Shown piece after piece: positions 21,175 through 31,689 of a DNA stretch of 64,000 nucleotides (its first letter is position 1; every line of letters begins with the position of its first letter). Below the pieces are notes generated by a model. The model did not search any database. It was not told the DNA's origin and saw nothing but the letters and a program-made list of their open reading frames with translations. A program made the translations under genes and the position numbers. The stretch is from an uncultured delta proteobacterium (GTDB taxonomy: Bacteria > Desulfobacterota > Binatia > UBA9968). The stretch is taken from assembly GCA_963745035.1 (NCBI GenBank), contig CAVUVW010000013.1, positions 480,001 through 544,000 of the forward strand, written 5' to 3'.

Positions 21175-23258
21175 GTCCGTGGTTCACTACTTTCGTCGCC
21201 GCCGGCTGGCCGCTGGTTAGGCGCGCTGGCGTGAGTGAGGAGCACAGGGGTCTCGCGCAGAAGATCCGCTGGCTGCTGCTCTTGCGCGTGGTGATCGTTT
21301 CTTTTTTCCTCGGCGCGACGGCGCTGTTTCATTTCGTGCGCACCGAGGGCAATCTCGGCTACCTCGTCGATCTCTCCATTCCTTTAATTCTCGCGTATGT
21401 GATTTCCCTCGGTTCGGTTGCGCTCTTGCCGTATACCCGCGGTCTCCGGCTGTTCGCTCATGCGCAAGTCGGTTTTGACGTGGTGCTGATCACCGGCATC
21501 ATTTGGATCACCGGGGATATGACCAGTCCTTTTTCGGTTCTCTACAATCTGGCCGTAATGAACGGCGCCATTCTGCTTTTTTATCGCGGCGCGTTTTTCG
21601 CCGCTGCCTTTTCCGGCATGTCCTACGCGAGCCTGCTCATCTGGTCGCGCTATGCGAATTCCGGTGCGGACCTGCCGCTTTCGTGGCCGACGCTGTTTCC
21701 CATTGTGCAGAGTATAGCGAGCTATTTCATCATCGCGGGATTGAGCGGCTTCTTGACCAATAAACTGAGCGAAACGGAAAAATTACTGAAAGAGAAGCAA
21801 GAGGACTATCGCGACTTGGACGCGCTCAAGGACGCTCTTCTCCAGGGCATCGGCAGCGGAGTAGCCATTACAGATCCGGAAGGGCGAATCAACTATTTCA
21901 ACCGCCAAGCACAGGCGCTTACGACTCTGGACGAAACCGCGATCCAGGGCAAACGGCTGGATCAAATTTTCCCCGACTTAGGCGGCAATTTTCAGCGCAA
22001 TCTTGGCGCCGGCGCCATCGTTACCGACGAGCTATCCATCGGCGCGCTCCACAAGCAAATCCGTCTTACAGTCGCTCCTCTCAATAATGCTCGCGAGCAG
22101 TCGATCGGCTACGTCGCGATTTTTGACGACATCACCAAGCAGAAACAAATCGAAGAAAAGGTGCGCCTCGAAGAGGAACTGCGTCGGGCCAGAGAAGTTG
22201 AGCTCGCGCGCCACGCGCCCGAAGAGCAAAATTTTCAATTCGAGGGTGTTATCGGCAAGAGCGGCGGCATCGAAAAGATCTATCAGCTCGTCCGAAAAGT
22301 TTCGGCGAGCAACACCAATGTGCTGATCACCGGGGAAAGCGGCACCGGCAAGGAGCTCGTGGCCCGCGCGATTCATCTCAACGGGCCGAGGAAAGAACGG
22401 CCGTTCGTCGCAGTCAACTGTGGCGCGATTCCCGAAACCCTGATGGAGAGCGAGCTCTTTGGACACGTGCGCGGCGCCTTCACCGGGGCGGTGTCCGACC
22501 ACACGGGGCTTTTCAAACAGGCGGACCAGGGAACGATTTTTCTCGACGAGGTGGGCGAGTTGGCGCTTCATCTGCAGGTCAAACTACTGCGGGTGCTTCA
22601 AGAAAAGAGCTTTACGCCGGTCGGCGGCAGTAAACCCATTAAAGTCGATGTTCGGGTGATCTCGGCCACCAACAAGGATCTGCGCAAGGAATTGGAGGAA
22701 GGCCGCTTTCGGGAAGATCTATTTTACCGGCTCAATGTCGTACAGATGGTTATGCCTCCGCTACGCAGCAGAAAAGACGATGTTGCCGCGCTGGCGCATT
22801 ACTTTCTCCGGAAATTTGCCGCAGCGCATGGCAAGAGAGTGGAAGAAATCTCCAGCAGTACGCTGTTGCGGTTGATGAATCACTCCTATCCCGGCAATGT
22901 CCGGGAGCTGGAAAACATCATCGAGCATGCGGTCGCGGTGGCCGGCAAGAACATTCTGACGGACGAAGACTTGCCCCAACATTTGAGCAATGCCGCGATC
23001 GAACCCGCCGATCCGCTCGGAGATACCGATCCGGAGACCGCCGAGTTGTTCTTTGAAAAGGGAGTTTCCTTGGACGCTGAGTTGGAGACCTACGAGAGGC
23101 GTATTTTGCTCAGCGCTTTGAAGCGAGCCAACGGCGTGCAGAAAAGAGCCGCCGAAATCCTCGGTATCAATTATCGCTCACTGCGCCATCGCCTGGAGAA
23201 ATATGATCTTTTGGGCTCAAGGGCCGACCTCGTCGAGCGTTCCGAAGACGCGCAGTAA
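21171..23258 (+). CDS. membrane-anchored sigma54 activator: PilS-like TM+PAS region fused to PilR-like AAA+/HTH
   Basis: ~6 hydrophobic segments, PAS (GVAITDPEGRI.YFN), then GESGTGKE, GAFTGA, FREDLFYRL, YPGNVREL and a Fis-type HTH; no HisKA/HATPase or REC motifs. Confidence 0.85.
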   Translation: MSPWFTTFVAAGWPLVRRAGVSEEHRGLAQKIRWLLLLRVVIVSFFLGATALFHFVRTEGNLGYLVDLSIPLILAYVISLGSVALLPYTRGLRLFAHAQVGFDVVLITGIIWITGDMTSPFSVLYNLAVMNGAILLFYRGAFFAAAFSGMSYASLLIWSRYANSGADLPLSWPTLFPIVQSIASYFIIAGLSGFLTNKLSETEKLLKEKQEDYRDLDALKDALLQGIGSGVAITDPEGRINYFNRQAQALTTLDETAIQGKRLDQIFPDLGGNFQRNLGAGAIVTDELSIGALHKQIRLTVAPLNNAREQSIGYVAIFDDITKQKQIEEKVRLEEELRRAREVELARHAPEEQNFQFEGVIGKSGGIEKIYQLVRKVSASNTNVLITGESGTGKELVARAIHLNGPRKERPFVAVNCGAIPETLMESELFGHVRGAFTGAVSDHTGLFKQADQGTIFLDEVGELALHLQVKLLRVLQEKSFTPVGGSKPIKVDVRVISATNKDLRKELEEGRFREDLFYRLNVVQMVMPPLRSRKDDVAALAHYFLRKFAAAHGKRVEEISSSTLLRLMNHSYPGNVRELENIIEHAVAVAGKNILTDEDLPQHLSNAAIEPADPLGDTDPETAELFFEKGVSLDAELETYERRILLSALKRANGVQKRAAEILGINYRSLRHRLEKYDLLGSRADLVERSEDAQ

Positions 23259-23465
23259 CAAAGTTTGTCACTTCTGTACAGGCACAGCCGAAGCGAGTTC
23301 CGAATTTTGTGGCGCGGGATTTTCTTGCTTGACCGATGAGAATTCCCTCCACGGTCTTCTAATCCCGTGAATTATACGGGATTTCGAAGACTTACGACGA
23401 CTTACAAGGTGGTTCCAGCAAGTGAATTTTGAAGCCCTCCTCAGGCCAAGAGTAGTCAGATCCTC

Positions 23466-23481
23466 TGGCCTTTTTCTTGCT
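23466..23481 (+). promoter_or_regulatory. sigma54 (-24/-12) promoter of pilA
   Basis: TGGC-CTTTTTC-TTGCT with canonical GG-N10-GC spacing, between the bEBP gene and pilA. Confidence 0.7.
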
Positions 23482-23626
23482 CTACCGCAAGTGACGTTTT
23501 ACAACGTGGATTGTCATTTTAAAAAAGGGGGTGAGCCCGGACATTTGAATCGGCGGCTGAACTAGATCAACCAATCCACGTCGGGAAGTGAAAATCCAAA
23601 GTCAAAAGCTTACGAAAGGAAGAAAG

Positions 23627-24015
23627 ATGAATAGACTAAGACTACAAAATGAATCCGGCTTTACGCTCATCGAGTTGCTGGTGGTGGTCGCGATCATCGG
23701 TATTCTCGCAGCGATCGCAATTCCCCAGTTTGCGGCTTACAGAAAGCGAGGCCATGAGGCCCAGGTAAAATCCGATTTGAGAAACGCGGCGGTGGCTCAA
23801 GAAGCGTACTTTGCCGCACAGTCCGCTTACAAGGCCTCGTCTTCGGCGTTCACCAGTTCCACCGCGCCGGGATTCAATCCCACGACAGGAGTTAATGTAT
23901 TTGCGGCGGCTGGAACCAATACGTTTCATTGACCGCGACGCACGCGAACTGTGGTACGAACGTGTGGACGTTCAGCAGCGGTAACGGGACGATTACTGGC
24001 ACTGCGTGTCCATAA
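23627..24015 (+). CDS. pilA: type IVa major pilin (1-nt frameshift at ~23925)
   Basis: class III signal G|FTLIELLVVVAIIGILAAIAIP. The ORF stops at 23932, but adding one T continues SLTATHANCGTNVWTFSSGNGTITGTACP* with the two-Cys D-region, ending at 24015 before a terminator. Confidence 0.88.
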
Positions 24016-24049
24016 GCGAGTATGTAAAGTTATTTTCGTCGGTTAAGTT

Positions 24050-24080
24050 AAAAAGGGGGGGCCGCTTTGGCCCCCTTTTC
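24050..24080 (+). terminator. intrinsic terminator after pilA
   Basis: AAAAAGGGGGGGCC-GCTTT-GGCCCCCTTTTC hairpin with U-tract. Confidence 0.75.
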
Positions 24081-24145
24081 AGTTGTAAGAATCTGTTTTA
24101 AATCAAGCATATCTCTTGATACGCTCTTCCTAGCCGGTCGCATCA

Positions 24146-26555
24146 GTGTTTTACATTGCTAAATCACTGAACAAAGACGTTGTTGCCGTCGCCGTCCTTT
24201 TGGGAATGGTGATCTGGTTTTGTGACGAGATTGTCTTCGCGGCGAAGATTCCTTTCTTTCGCGATCTCGTAACTTACTTTTATCCGATCAAGTTCAGCGT
24301 TGCCGAAGCTTTTAAAGCAGGTGAGCTGCCGTTGTGGGACCGGCACATGGCGACTGGGTTCCCGATCATGGCCGGCTTTCAGTCGGCAGTCTTTTACCCG
24401 CCTAGCGCCGCGTACTACGTTCTGACATTCTTCCCCGCAATTCGATTTACCTTCATATTTCACTATGCCCTTGCCGCGACTGGCTCATACGTTTTGTTTC
24501 GATCCTGGAAATTCCCTGCGCATGTTTCACTGATCGGGGCTATTTTGTTTACGTTTGGCGGCACGACAGTATCGCTCTCAAACCTACTCAATCATTTTCA
24601 GAGCGCAGTTTGGCTACCGTGGGTCATCTATTCCTGGGAACGCGCTGTCAGAACAGCCGGATGGAAAAACGTTTCCATCTTCTCCATTGTTGCGCTTTGC
24701 CAACTCCTCGCTGGATCGCCGGAAATATTTCTTTTATCGATAGGTTTGGTGGCGCTCGACACATTTCGGCTTGCTCGCAACGAACAACTTCGCGGCATTT
24801 TTAAAATTTTTGCGATGTCGTTTGGTTCGGCTTGCATCGTTATTGGGCTCGGCATGATTCAACTGCTGCCGACAGCCGAGCTTGTTATGCAATCTCGCCG
24901 CGATCAAGCCATTCATATGGTGGAGGCCCTCAGTTGGTCACTCCAGCCGTCAAGTCTGATTGGTCTGTTGCTACCGACGCTCGAGGCAGACGCTTCGCTT
25001 ACGGTGGGCATTCGCTTGTTGTTCGCTCATGGCGTGCCGTTTCTGCTTAGCCACTACATTGGCGTTATTGGCATTTTCGGCTTGTGCGGGTGGTTCCGGG
25101 CGGCGCCGATGAAGGAACGCGCGGTCGTGCTCGCAGCGCTCGCGGGGAGCCTGCTGTTCGCCTTCGGCAGCTATACACCGGTCTACCCGTTTCTTTATGA
25201 TTGGGTCCCTGTGCTTCGCGTAATGCGTTTCCCCGAAAAATACTACTATCTGACTTTTGCGCTCCTGGTAGTCACAATCGTTCGCGGTCTCCGGCATATA
25301 GATGAGAATAAGAATTCTCACGCATGGTGGGCAATAGCGACGGCTATATCTGCTGCTTCGCTCATCGCGTATGTGACATTTCGCATGCCGGCCTCAGCTC
25401 CTTGCTGAGTTTCTTCTGCCGCGGATTTCAGGCGCAACTTCTCTTGAAACAGACCCAAGAACAATTGCGGCGATTCTGGTCATCTTGGAGAAGCAGATCG
25501 CCATCTCCTTAACCTTTGCCTTAGTATTTGGTCTTAGTCGGCTCGATGTTCTACGACCGGCTTTGGCTGGATCATTGCTCGTTCTAGCAGTATTTTTCGA
25601 TCTGAGCAGCGCTACAAAACCGCTGCACTTCGTGCGCGCCGAAAACGTTGTGAACAGCGCGGCCCGGATCCTTGAAAAACCGCCCGCCGATCACAGCCGG
25701 CTTTTCTACTATCCACCGGGAGACAACGTGCATCCAAGCTTTATGCGAGTCGCCGGTAATCCTACTTACGAGAAAGCGACCGAGATAGCGTTGAACAATC
25801 TGCTGCCCAACGCGGGCATGCTCTACGGCTTTGAGTATTTCCAGGACATCGACGCGCTTGGCAGCCGCGGCTACACTGATTTCCTAATGTTCATCAATTC
25901 TCTACCAGCCGAGCGGCGAGGCAAACTTCTGCGCGCAACTAACGTAAAGCACGTCGTGGCGTTTCACGCGTTGCACGTGAGAGGACTCGACCTTGTCCAG
26001 GAATTTCCCGAGCATTACTCCGCGCTCTACGAGGTTGCCGATGCGGTGCCCCGAGCATACGTTGCGAGGCGCTCGATTTTTGATCCAAATGTGAAAACTA
26101 CATTGGAACGGATGGCGAGCGACGATTTCGATCCGTTGCGCGACGTGATTCTCGACGCGCCGGTTCAGTTGGAGCCCAACGCCTCTTTCCAAGGAAGTGC
26201 GACGATCAATCGTTACGAGAATAACCGTGTGCTGGTTGACGCGCGGCTTAGTGACTCCGGCGTTTTGGTGCTGACCGATGCTTTTTATCCGGGATGGAAA
26301 GTTTTCGTCGACGGCAAGGAGCAAACCATTCGACGCGCCAACTACTTGTTTCGCGGGGTGGAGTTGCCGTCCGGCGCCCATCAGGTTGAGTTCGTTTATG
26401 ATCCACTTTCATTCAAGATCGGCCTGATCGTCTCGCTTCTCACGGTCGTTTTTCTGATCGCCGTACCTTTGGCGAGCGCGATACGGCGAAAAAGGCTTTT
26501 AAGACAATCGGCCCGAATCGTTTCTCATCAACCCGCGCGTGCTCCGGGCGGTTAG
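24146..26555 (+). CDS. YfhO-family multi-TM (GT-C-like) protein, split by a frameshift near 25390
   Basis: FRDL..YFYP, G.LPLW.....G.P, FYPP, QLLPT.E, MRFPEK; C-terminal LVL.DAFYPGWKV.VDG...I.RANYLFRGV.LP.G.H.V.F.Y.P; the alternate frame bridges 25390-25485. Confidence 0.8.
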
Positions 26556-26569
26556 CCCGAAACGTATCA

Positions 26570-28234
26570 TCATTTCTCGCTGGATTTCTTGAACTCGAAC
26601 GCCGAAACCAGCGGCACTCCGGCCAAGCTCACCGAGAGGTAAGGTCGTTTCGCGCTATCGATCAGATTCCGCTCGCGCGCCGACAAGGCGCTACGGCGGT
26701 TGAGCAGCACAAGATAGTCAAAAGAGCCGTGATTGATTATTGTGAGATCCTGACGAAGGAGCCCCTGTTTTTGATAGTAGGCGAGCATGGTGTTGGCGAA
26801 CAAGGCGTTTACGCTGGCATTCCTGGGAAGCTTCTCGTTCATTGCCCGCAAGAAATCGGGAGTCAGCGCCTCTAAAAAATAGGTGGTCTCAAGGCCGCGT
26901 TCGTAAGCGCCACGAATCCCGCCGACCAGACGATTATAGAAGCTGAGCTGATACGGATGAGATAGATAAAGGTCAAGCACCGGAGCAAAACCCAGAACTA
27001 GAAACAAAGCGACGTAAATTTTGGCCCTGATATTTTCAATCGTCCGCAGGCGCGGCTTGTTTTGTGCAGAGCAATGCAACCATGCCGCTAATGCATAAAA
27101 GCCTGCACCGGCCAGCGCCGCGATAAAAGGCAAGGCCGAGAGCATTTGCCGAACGCCATCGTGCAGCACGGCTCCCGGCATCGCTCCAAGGATCAAAATA
27201 AAGGTTCCGTTGAGCAGCAACAGCGCAATGACGGATCGATGCTCTCGGTTTCCTACGAGCGAGATTGTTCCAAGCAGCGCCAGAATCATGATCGGCTCCG
27301 GTGTCGTCACGCCGACGAGGAAAAACGGGTAATACCAAGGAAGCTGGTGGGAATACAGGACTTGGTGAGAAAAGAACACTCCGAAGTTGGTTTCGACTCG
27401 GTAGCCGCGACTGATCCCCTCGTACAAAAACTCCAGGACTCGCAGTCCAGTCTGGTGCCACAAATACGGTTGCGTTACGACCATGACGATGGGCGCGAGA
27501 AAGAGCATCGCGAACAAGTTATTGGCATATTTGTCGCGATAAAACCAATGAGCCCAGACGACCAATGGAATCAAAGCCAAAAGCGCGGGAAACTTGGTGG
27601 AGACGGCCAAACCCCAAACGATCCCAAGCGTGAGGCTCCAGCGCCAATTTGAGAGGCCCTTATAAAAACAATACACCGTAGCAAACCACATGGCCGCGAG
27701 CGGCATATCGGTGACGGCGAGATGCGCGTAGCCAAACAGGTTCGGGATCAGGACAACGGCGCATGCCGAAAACAGTCCAGCCGCTCTGCCGAAAAGTTCG
27801 TCCATCCACCGAAAGACTAACGTGACGAGAAGGGCGAAGAACAAGGCCGGCCCAAGGCGGTATCCCGAAATCTTGTCGAGAATCGGCGTCGACGCCAACT
27901 GAGAAAGTCCCGAAACAATCCGCGAAAATGGCGGGTGCGGCACGTTGTATGGGTTCCAGCGCCAGGCAGATTGGATGGTTTGATCGGCTAGGCTTTCTCG
28001 CAATTCGCCTCGAACACCGTTTTCCACGAAGGTGCTCATCCAGCCGATGTGCAAATCGGAGGCATGAAAATAGGGTGGCTCGTCCCAGGTGACGCCGTAA
28101 TCTTTCGACGTCACTGCAACGAGCAACATCGCACCGATGAACAGTCCAAGTGGTATGAGCCAGCGCGCCCGAAAACGAGCGGTTGTAGAATCATTCATCA
28201 AAGCACGCAAATTTCGAAACGAGCCTTTGTCCAA
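26570..28234 (-). CDS. GT-C fold glycosyltransferase (ArnT/PMT, GT39/GT83-like)
   Basis: TWDEP, HPPF, H.A.TD, GLA.STKF, many TM segments. Confidence 0.8.
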   Translation of the reverse strand: MDKGSFRNLRALMNDSTTARFRARWLIPLGLFIGAMLLVAVTSKDYGVTWDEPPYFHASDLHIGWMSTFVENGVRGELRESLADQTIQSAWRWNPYNVPHPPFSRIVSGLSQLASTPILDKISGYRLGPALFFALLVTLVFRWMDELFGRAAGLFSACAVVLIPNLFGYAHLAVTDMPLAAMWFATVYCFYKGLSNWRWSLTLGIVWGLAVSTKFPALLALIPLVVWAHWFYRDKYANNLFAMLFLAPIVMVVTQPYLWHQTGLRVLEFLYEGISRGYRVETNFGVFFSHQVLYSHQLPWYYPFFLVGVTTPEPIMILALLGTISLVGNREHRSVIALLLLNGTFILILGAMPGAVLHDGVRQMLSALPFIAALAGAGFYALAAWLHCSAQNKPRLRTIENIRAKIYVALFLVLGFAPVLDLYLSHPYQLSFYNRLVGGIRGAYERGLETTYFLEALTPDFLRAMNEKLPRNASVNALFANTMLAYYQKQGLLRQDLTIINHGSFDYLVLLNRRSALSARERNLIDSAKRPYLSVSLAGVPLVSAFEFKKSSEK

Positions 28235-28300
28235 CGCCGCTGCGGCTTGTCGAATCAGCTTCGTAAATCGTATCCGGAGCCGCGCAGAAATCTTCGGTGT

Positions 28301-29035
28301 TTATTCTTTACGCCACGCGGCGAGTACCGATTTGCCGACTGCGCCGCAAAACAATCGGTCCGCAAGACGCGACGCGGGCACGCAGACTCTGTCCCAGAGA
28401 ATAATCTGCGACTCGGTCGGGATGGATCGACGCAATGCGACGACATTACCCAAAGACAGCAAAACGCCAACCGAATCCATATAGATGAGTTTTTCTTCCA
28501 CCCACCCGACAGGCATCAAAGATCTGAGACCAGCCCGGTCATAGCGGCGCAGGTGGCCGATGCTCTTATCAAATTCGCTGAAAAGCCAATGATGCGCCGG
28601 AGAAAGAATGACGATATGGCCTCTCCGGCGGACAAGACGCGCGGCGGCTTCGATTTGCGAGTGATCATCTTCGATATGTTCCAGGACATCGATATACAGA
28701 ATGCAATCGAAGCAAGGACAATCGGCGAAGGTCCGGAGGGAGCCTACAATGACGTTCGCCGTCGAGCTGTCAAGGGACGAACTTAACCGAGCTTTTAGCC
28801 GCAGGGCGAGAGACTTGTCCGGTTCGAGACATACCCAGCGACGCGCGGTGCCATCGTGGAGCGCGATGGTGGTCGCGCCGATGCCCGCGCCAACTTCGAG
28901 CACGTCGCCGGTGATATAGCTCGAAATTTCATCCTTGATGTAGCGCTTCCAATTCTTAGCCAGAGCAAACAGATCGAGTTCACCGCCGCCGTAGGAGCTT
29001 TCATGGGCACTAGCCATAAATCCGTTGCCGGTCAC
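28301..29035 (-). CDS. class I SAM-dependent methyltransferase
   Basis: VLEVGAGIG, DVLEHIEDD, FD..IGH.RRY; start may be 29017. Confidence 0.85.
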   Translation of the reverse strand: MTGNGFMASAHESSYGGGELDLFALAKNWKRYIKDEISSYITGDVLEVGAGIGATTIALHDGTARRWVCLEPDKSLALRLKARLSSSLDSSTANVIVGSLRTFADCPCFDCILYIDVLEHIEDDHSQIEAAARLVRRRGHIVILSPAHHWLFSEFDKSIGHLRRYDRAGLRSLMPVGWVEEKLIYMDSVGVLLSLGNVVALRRSIPTESQIILWDRVCVPASRLADRLFCGAVGKSVLAAWRKE

Positions 29036-29987
29036 TTATAAACTGCACATGATCGTGGGCTGGCAGCACATTGGCAGCATTCCGCGCGGCCAAAATCACG
29101 AAGACAAAAACCAAAATCACCAAGAGCATCTGGATCAGCATCACGAAGAGAATGCCGACGGCATAAGTAGCCCATCCGGGAATGGCAAAATCCGTAGCCA
29201 ACCGAATGCCTATAACAACAGCCAACGCGGCTACGGTGAGAACCATTCCGATGGACACGACGATCAAGAGCCTGACCCCAATGCGGTCGCCAAATACCGC
29301 CATGGCACTGAGACCATGGACGACCAGGGAGACCGTGTCCATCCGCCGTGGTCCGGCCAGTCGCTTGCCTCGCTCCGATGGGATGAGCTCCATCGGAAGC
29401 TTCGCTTTGTGCACGGCCGCCGCATAGTGATTCCATAATTCGGATACGGCCACCAAACGCTTGAGCGCAAGGGGTGGGACAATACTGAAGTTGCCGACGC
29501 GCACGCGAATACCGATCAGCAGGAAGTGAATGAACCGGTACAGATGATAGAAAAAGGTGAATGCCGCACCCTCGGATCGTTTTGTGCGCGCGGCGAAGAC
29601 AATTTTCTCACCAGCATTGGCGCCACACGTTCGGATTAAACGGGGAACATCTTTCGGGTCGTCTTCGCCGTCCGAATCCATGACGATGACCGAAGATTGC
29701 GGATGATTCGCTTCGATATAGGAAAGTCCTACCGCAATTGCTCGTTGATGGCCGAGATTCCGTCTCAAAGAGAGGACATCAATGGCAACAATGGCGTCAA
29801 AAATTCTCCCGAAATGTTCAGGAGGGCTGATTGTCGAACCGTCATCGATCAGACAAATCTCTGCTTTATGCCCACCGCTTTTCAGCTCGCAATCCAATGA
29901 CGGCAGCAATAACGAAAGAGCATCCCAGTCGTTGTAGACCGGTATCAAGACGATCAACTTAGCGTTGCTACTTTCCGAGGCGTTCAC
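29010..29987 (-). CDS. GT2 polyprenol-phosphate glycosyltransferase (GtrB-like)
   Basis: IPVYND, IDDGS, RNLGHQRAI, MDSDGED and two C-terminal TM helices. Confidence 0.85.
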   Translation of the reverse strand: MNASESSNAKLIVLIPVYNDWDALSLLLPSLDCELKSGGHKAEICLIDDGSTISPPEHFGRIFDAIVAIDVLSLRRNLGHQRAIAVGLSYIEANHPQSSVIVMDSDGEDDPKDVPRLIRTCGANAGEKIVFAARTKRSEGAAFTFFYHLYRFIHFLLIGIRVRVGNFSIVPPLALKRLVAVSELWNHYAAAVHKAKLPMELIPSERGKRLAGPRRMDTVSLVVHGLSAMAVFGDRIGVRLLIVVSIGMVLTVAALAVVIGIRLATDFAIPGWATYAVGILFVMLIQMLLVILVFVFVILAARNAANVLPAHDHVQFISDRQRIYG

Positions 29988-30293
29988 GACATACCGCCGC
30001 TAGGCATTGCTGAAGAGAATCGTGCCGGCATTTGGGAGACGCAAACGGGCTCGACGGGAGGCATCGGATCGTCTGAGTGATCACCACTTCGCTGAGGATT
30101 CTTGACGAGATTACCATAAAGTCGCTTGGGGGGGAAAAGAATTCGCGAGCGTCTGTGCTCGCTGGCGATAAACGATTGGCTTGGCGAAGATAAATCGGCG
30201 ATTACCCCTGCCGTCGCGGTTTTTTCTTTATTGTCGGAGTTGGACCGACACTGTATCATCTTTCGAAACAAGAAACGGCGAAAGGCACATTCC

Positions 30294-30716
30294 ATGAAAA
30301 AGGTCGCGACGATGTATCTCATAAGCTTAACAATGCTGCTGGCTTCACGAGATGCCTTCGCACAAGCGTTCGGCGAGTACGGCAGGGCCGTTGGAAGTGT
30401 CCCCCGAGGAGGCTCGGTTGGCGCAGGTCCAAGAGCGCCTGGCGGAGGTACCCAAGGGCGGATCGGCAGCGGTGGTGTGGGTGATGTTGGCGGACGGGGA
30501 TTGCCGTCGCGGTTGGTGGTCGCGGCTAAGGACGCCGGTCTTTTTCCGCGTCAGGATGAGGAGTCGGAGAGAATTGTTGGATTATTCGAAGGAGAGAGTC
30601 TCGTGCCGCTGGTGCAAAGCGAAGGCGGCAGCCAATGGTTTATGGTGAAGACCCAAAAAGGGCTCGTGGGGTGGGTCAAATCTGCTGACGTTAAACAAGA
30701 GGCGCAAAAAAAATAG
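30294..30716 (+). CDS. exported SH3-like domain protein
   Basis: signal peptide (AFA), Gly-rich linker, C-terminal W..VKT..G.VGWV. Confidence 0.7.
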   Translation: MKKVATMYLISLTMLLASRDAFAQAFGEYGRAVGSVPRGGSVGAGPRAPGGGTQGRIGSGGVGDVGGRGLPSRLVVAAKDAGLFPRQDEESERIVGLFEGESLVPLVQSEGGSQWFMVKTQKGLVGWVKSADVKQEAQKK

Positions 30717-30925
30717 AACTGGCCTTTGCTCCGCCAGATTCTCCCGCAGAATTTGCAGGCAAAAATGTCGCGTCGATCAGGTATCGCGCGAAGCAGGCCT
30801 TTTAGCCCCCACGGTTCGTGACTTTCCTGATCACACCTTGTCTCTAAAGTCTCCGTGAATCTTTTACGGCATAGCAGGAAGGCCGTGACCGAGATGGTAT
30901 CGAAGCTGCTCTAGGAAAAACCTTC

Positions 30926-31081
30926 ATGGCGCTTCGTGCAAAATCGCGAAAGATCCTCATCCCGGATGTACCTCCGGTGGTGAGATCCACAAATCGTCAA
31001 GACTTGGTGATCGCCAGCCTCGGTGTTTTCTGCATGTCCGTCGTTCTCGCGGCTGTTCTATTCGTCTTTCTGAGCGCCTGA
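30926..31081 (+). CDS. small single-pass membrane protein (51 aa)
   Basis: AGGA RBS; MALRAKSRKILIPDVPPVVRSTNRQDLVIASLGVFCMSVVLAAVLFVFLSA*; below the ORF-track cutoff. Confidence 0.5.
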   Translation: MALRAKSRKILIPDVPPVVRSTNRQDLVIASLGVFCMSVVLAAVLFVFLSA

Positions 31082-31260
31082 ACGACGTTGGAAGCGAGAG
31101 CAGCATGATACGATCTGGTCATGCTCGGAACTGAACCGTAGATTGGCTCTCGCTGCCGCTTTCCTGCCGTCTATCGCCGAATAATCCCAGCCGCGAGGCT
31201 TACCCGCCACATACGGATTCGTCACAGGTCGGTGAGGACCATCAAACTTGAAAAGTTGAT

Positions 31261-31689
31261 TTACGCGACCTTAAGCCGCTTCAGTACCGAGTCGTTCCCG
31301 ATTACGTGAAATTCCATATAGTCAATTAAGCGCCGAGCGACCCAAAAATATCGTTGCAGCTGCTCGGAGGAGGATTCGCTCGAGAGCGATTCCGTCGAGG
31401 GTGTTTTGGTCAAACGATAGGATTCGACTTCTTGAACCAAACCCTTGAGCGCCGGCGGTAGAATATCCCACACGCCGGTCGACTCGCAGATCGAGACCAG
31501 CTTGCTGTGATCATGCTGCTGCGGCAGGCTGCCGTGGCTTTCGATCAGCGCGGCTTTAATGGCCTTGTCCACTGCCTCGGCCAGCTTGTCAAATTCGGCA
31601 TGACTACCGGCGCGCGCACCGATTTCCTTGGGAAAAGAATCAATCCTATCGCGCGCCTCCCGCAGCCACGGGTCCGCGTAAAAACTCAT
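31261..31689 (-). CDS. HEPN-like domain protein
   Basis: W...A, AVDKAIKAAL....G..P..HD...L resembles the HEPN A.EK.LKA.L...G...P.THDL pattern; GGAGG RBS. Confidence 0.55.
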   Translation of the reverse strand: MSFYADPWLREARDRIDSFPKEIGARAGSHAEFDKLAEAVDKAIKAALIESHGSLPQQHDHSKLVSICESTGVWDILPPALKGLVQEVESYRLTKTPSTESLSSESSSEQLQRYFWVARRLIDYMEFHVIGNDSVLKRLKVA

